A program made the translations under genes and the position numbers. A DNA stretch of 63,976 nt, the filler included, from a candidate division WOR-3 bacterium (GTDB taxonomy: Bacteria > SDB-A): NCBI GenBank assembly GCA_016934535.1. It is 4 parts of 4 records of this genome, joined end to end, with 100 filler letters (N's around TTAATTAATTAA, not from the genome) between each part and the next. Parts side by side here need not be neighbours in the genome. Positions count along the whole stretch, not along the records: positions 54,806 to 63,976 come from JAFGSQ010000032.1; 3 more parts are not named here. One strand, written 5' to 3'. Within the stretch, counting starts at the first letter, position 1, and every line of letters starts with the position of its first letter. The notes under the pieces are model-generated. The model made no database searches. It saw nothing but the letters and a program-made list of their open reading frames with translations, and was not told the DNA's origin. Shown in pieces: positions 61,853 to 63,976 of this stretch.

Positions 61853-62881
61853 ATGAGGAAATTTTTGACACTGTTGTTTGCAGGAACAGTCGTTCTGAGT
61901 TCCGGCTTGTCGTCCATGGAGATAAAAGCTGCGGGAGCTTCCTTCCCGTATCCTTTTTATTCAAAAATCTTCGACGTCTACAATAAACTTACGGGACATC
62001 AGATCAACTACAACCCTGTCGGTTCAGGAGGAGGAATAAATCAGCTCATAGAAAAAACGGTCGATTTTGCAGGAACGGACGCGCCGATGAAAGACGAAGA
62101 AATACAAAAGGCAGGTGCTGATATCATTCACATACCAACTTGTCTCGGAGCAGTTGTACTGACGTACAATCTGCCGGGAAATCCCTCGCTAAAACTTACA
62201 CCGGAAATCATTGCAGGAATATTCCTGGGTGAAATAACCAGATGGAACGACCCGAAAATAACTGCTCTCAATTCAGGTGTTGAACTGCCTAATTCAGATA
62301 TAGTAGTCGTCCACAGAGCTGACGGAAGCGGTACAACATACATATTCAGCGATTATCTGACAAAAGTCAGTCCTGAATGGGAGTCAAAAGTCGGCCGCGG
62401 AAAGTCTCTGGAATGGCCCACCGGACTCGCCGGAAATCAAAATCCCGGCGTGGCCGGTCTGATTCAGGCAACACCAGGATCTATCGGATACGTCGAACTC
62501 ATATATGCTCTATCAAACGGCTTACCTGTCGCCACGATAAAAAATAAAAGCGGCAGATTTGTATATCCGAGCATCGAAACAGTCAGCGCGGCGGCAAACG
62601 TCGAGATGCCTTCAGATATGAAGGTTTCCATAACAGATACGGATGCAGAAGAAGGCTACCCGATAAGCGGCTTCACGTGGATTATTCTCTATCAGGAGCA
62701 GTATTATCAGGGCAGAAACAGAGAAAAAGCCGAAACCGTAATCAATTTAATCTGGTGGATGATTCATGACGGGCAGAGTCACGCGGAAACCCTCCTGTAC
62801 GCGCCTCTTCCCCAGAGCGCCGTTAGAAAAGCCGAGGACCTTCTCAAATCCGTCACATTTAACGGCGCTAAAATTCTATGA
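61853..62881 (+). CDS. pstS: Phosphate ABC transporter substrate-binding protein
   Basis: AGASFPYP, GSGGG, DFAGTD, RADGSGTT, IGYVE and YPISGFTW. Confidence 0.96.
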   Translation: MRKFLTLLFAGTVVLSSGLSSMEIKAAGASFPYPFYSKIFDVYNKLTGHQINYNPVGSGGGINQLIEKTVDFAGTDAPMKDEEIQKAGADIIHIPTCLGAVVLTYNLPGNPSLKLTPEIIAGIFLGEITRWNDPKITALNSGVELPNSDIVVVHRADGSGTTYIFSDYLTKVSPEWESKVGRGKSLEWPTGLAGNQNPGVAGLIQATPGSIGYVELIYALSNGLPVATIKNKSGRFVYPSIETVSAAANVEMPSDMKVSITDTDAEEGYPISGFTWIILYQEQYYQGRNREKAETVINLIWWMIHDGQSHAETLLYAPLPQSAVRKAEDLLKSVTFNGAKIL

Positions 62882-62887
62882 AAAAGA

Positions 62888-62923
62888 GGAGGCCAGCCCA
62901 TATAAACGGCTGGCTTCCTTTTT
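62888..62923 (+). terminator. Intrinsic terminator after pstS
   Basis: GGAGGCCAGCC...GGCTGGCTTCC followed by TTTTT. Confidence 0.8.
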
Positions 62924-63137
62924 CATCCCATTTTATTTCAAACGAGATGTCAAAAAAAAGTTCCCTCTCAAAAGGGGAAAGATAATATAATTTTATACTA
63001 CCCTCTTTCGATCTGAGGTGGGATTAAATATTAATGTTGTTGTTCTATGCCGCGATTTATCGTTTCTAATAAAAAGTATATATAATAGTATTGCATTTAT
63101 AATAAAATCCCGTTCATTCAAATTCAGGGAGGTAAAC

Positions 63138-63976
63138 TTGAAGAAAAAAGTTTTGGTCCTCGGAATTCTCGGTGTGTTTCTATTGCCGATGATTCTTTCC
63201 TCGGCGGTCAGAAGACCGCTCCTTGAAATACACTCGGGAGCATTTTGAAGCGGATGCGCTTCATCTGCAGGTCTGCAGAATACTTTCATCTCGACAAATC
63301 AGGACACTCTGACAGCTCTCAAGTATCAGCTCTATTCAAATGAACCACTGTATAGCCCTGACGGTTGGGGAAGATTTCAGTTCTACGGGGATTCAGTAAT
63401 TCCGCGCGCGAACATGGACGGAGCCGCCATGTTTTCTCCGACTTCCATCGCCACACTGAACTCTCAATACGCGACGGCAATGACAGTGCCCTGTTATGTT
63501 GATATCTTGCTCCAGGGAACTGCTGAACCCGATCTCATGTCAGGAACACTGAACATAACAATAATAGCCGAACAGGAACCCGGAGCCAGCCCCTATTATC
63601 TGCACGTGGCCGCTTGTTCTTACCATGTTCCTTATGGCGCCGGAAATTTTTCAGAATTTCATTATCCACTGAGAAAAATGTATCCGAATTATAACGGCAC
63701 TGCCGTAACTTTTACAGGCGTTTACCCGGAAACTCTTCAGTTTAATATTCCTTTCACCTTTTCTTCCTCCTGGTGGCATTTCGAAGCTGACGACGTCTAT
63801 TTCGCAGTGTGGCTTCAATCCAACAAAGCCACAGACAAACAAGTTCACCAGAGCAACATGATTGACATATCAGGTCTTAACGCCGTAGAGGAGACGCCTT
63901 CCTCGCCGGTTATGTCAAATACATTCGGACTCGGCAATTTCTATCCCAATCCATTCATCGGCACAGCCTTCATACC
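63138..63976 (+). CDS. Second Omp28-like secreted predicted selenoprotein (U37, UxxC) with T9SS CTD; 3' end outside window
   Basis: GGGAGGT RBS and TTG start; MKKKVLVLGILGVFLLPMILSSAVRRPLLEIHSGAF-TGA(63246)-SGC; frame stays open to the window end and reaches FYPNPF. Confidence 0.85.
63264..63279 (+). promoter_or_regulatory. Candidate bacterial SECIS hairpin
   Basis: TCTGCA-GGTC-TGCAGA; loop begins 21 nt after the TGA. Confidence 0.65.

Noticed and set aside
57912-63976. Genome-wide UGA reassignment (code 4 or 25) as the explanation for the in-frame TGAs
   Set aside because: Conserved genes (guaA, alaS, rplK, rplA, fusA, pruA) end at TGA at their normal C-termini, and both TGAs align with a catalytic Cys

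Overview
This is a concatenation of four contigs from a draft bacterial genome or MAG, joined by artificial 100-nt N-TTAATTAATTAA-N linkers at 29933, 39820 and 54706, so adjacency across those points has no biological meaning. The genetic code is standard: many genes end in TGA and the tRNA-Trp has a CCA anticodon. Five proteins carry T9SS/FlgD-like C-terminal domains, which suggests an FCB-superphylum candidate lineage such as WOR-3 (inference). Housekeeping content: pdxST, guaA, 6S RNA-rny-ymdB-folD-xseA-(secreted caspase-like)-alaS, panB, a PilB/GspE ATPase, pruA, trpR-trpB2, the tuf-rpmG-tRNA(Trp)-secE-nusG-rplKAJL-rpoBC-rpsLG-fusA-tuf cluster, and pstS. The most notable observations are four. 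(1) Two secreted Omp28/thioredoxin-like genes are split in the ORF track by an in-frame TGA that forms a UxxC motif, and each has a SECIS-like hairpin loop 21 nt downstream, so they are probable selenoproteins. (2) A TrpR repressor ends in a Trp-rich leader-peptide-like tail (W-I-W-W) whose codons overlap a terminator hairpin in front of trpB2, i.e. a repressor with a possible built-in attenuator. (3) A Moco-type riboswitch controls a 10-codon ORF ahead of pruA. (4) The str-operon EF-G has a degenerate domain IV. All calls were made by eye from the sequence; no database searches were run.
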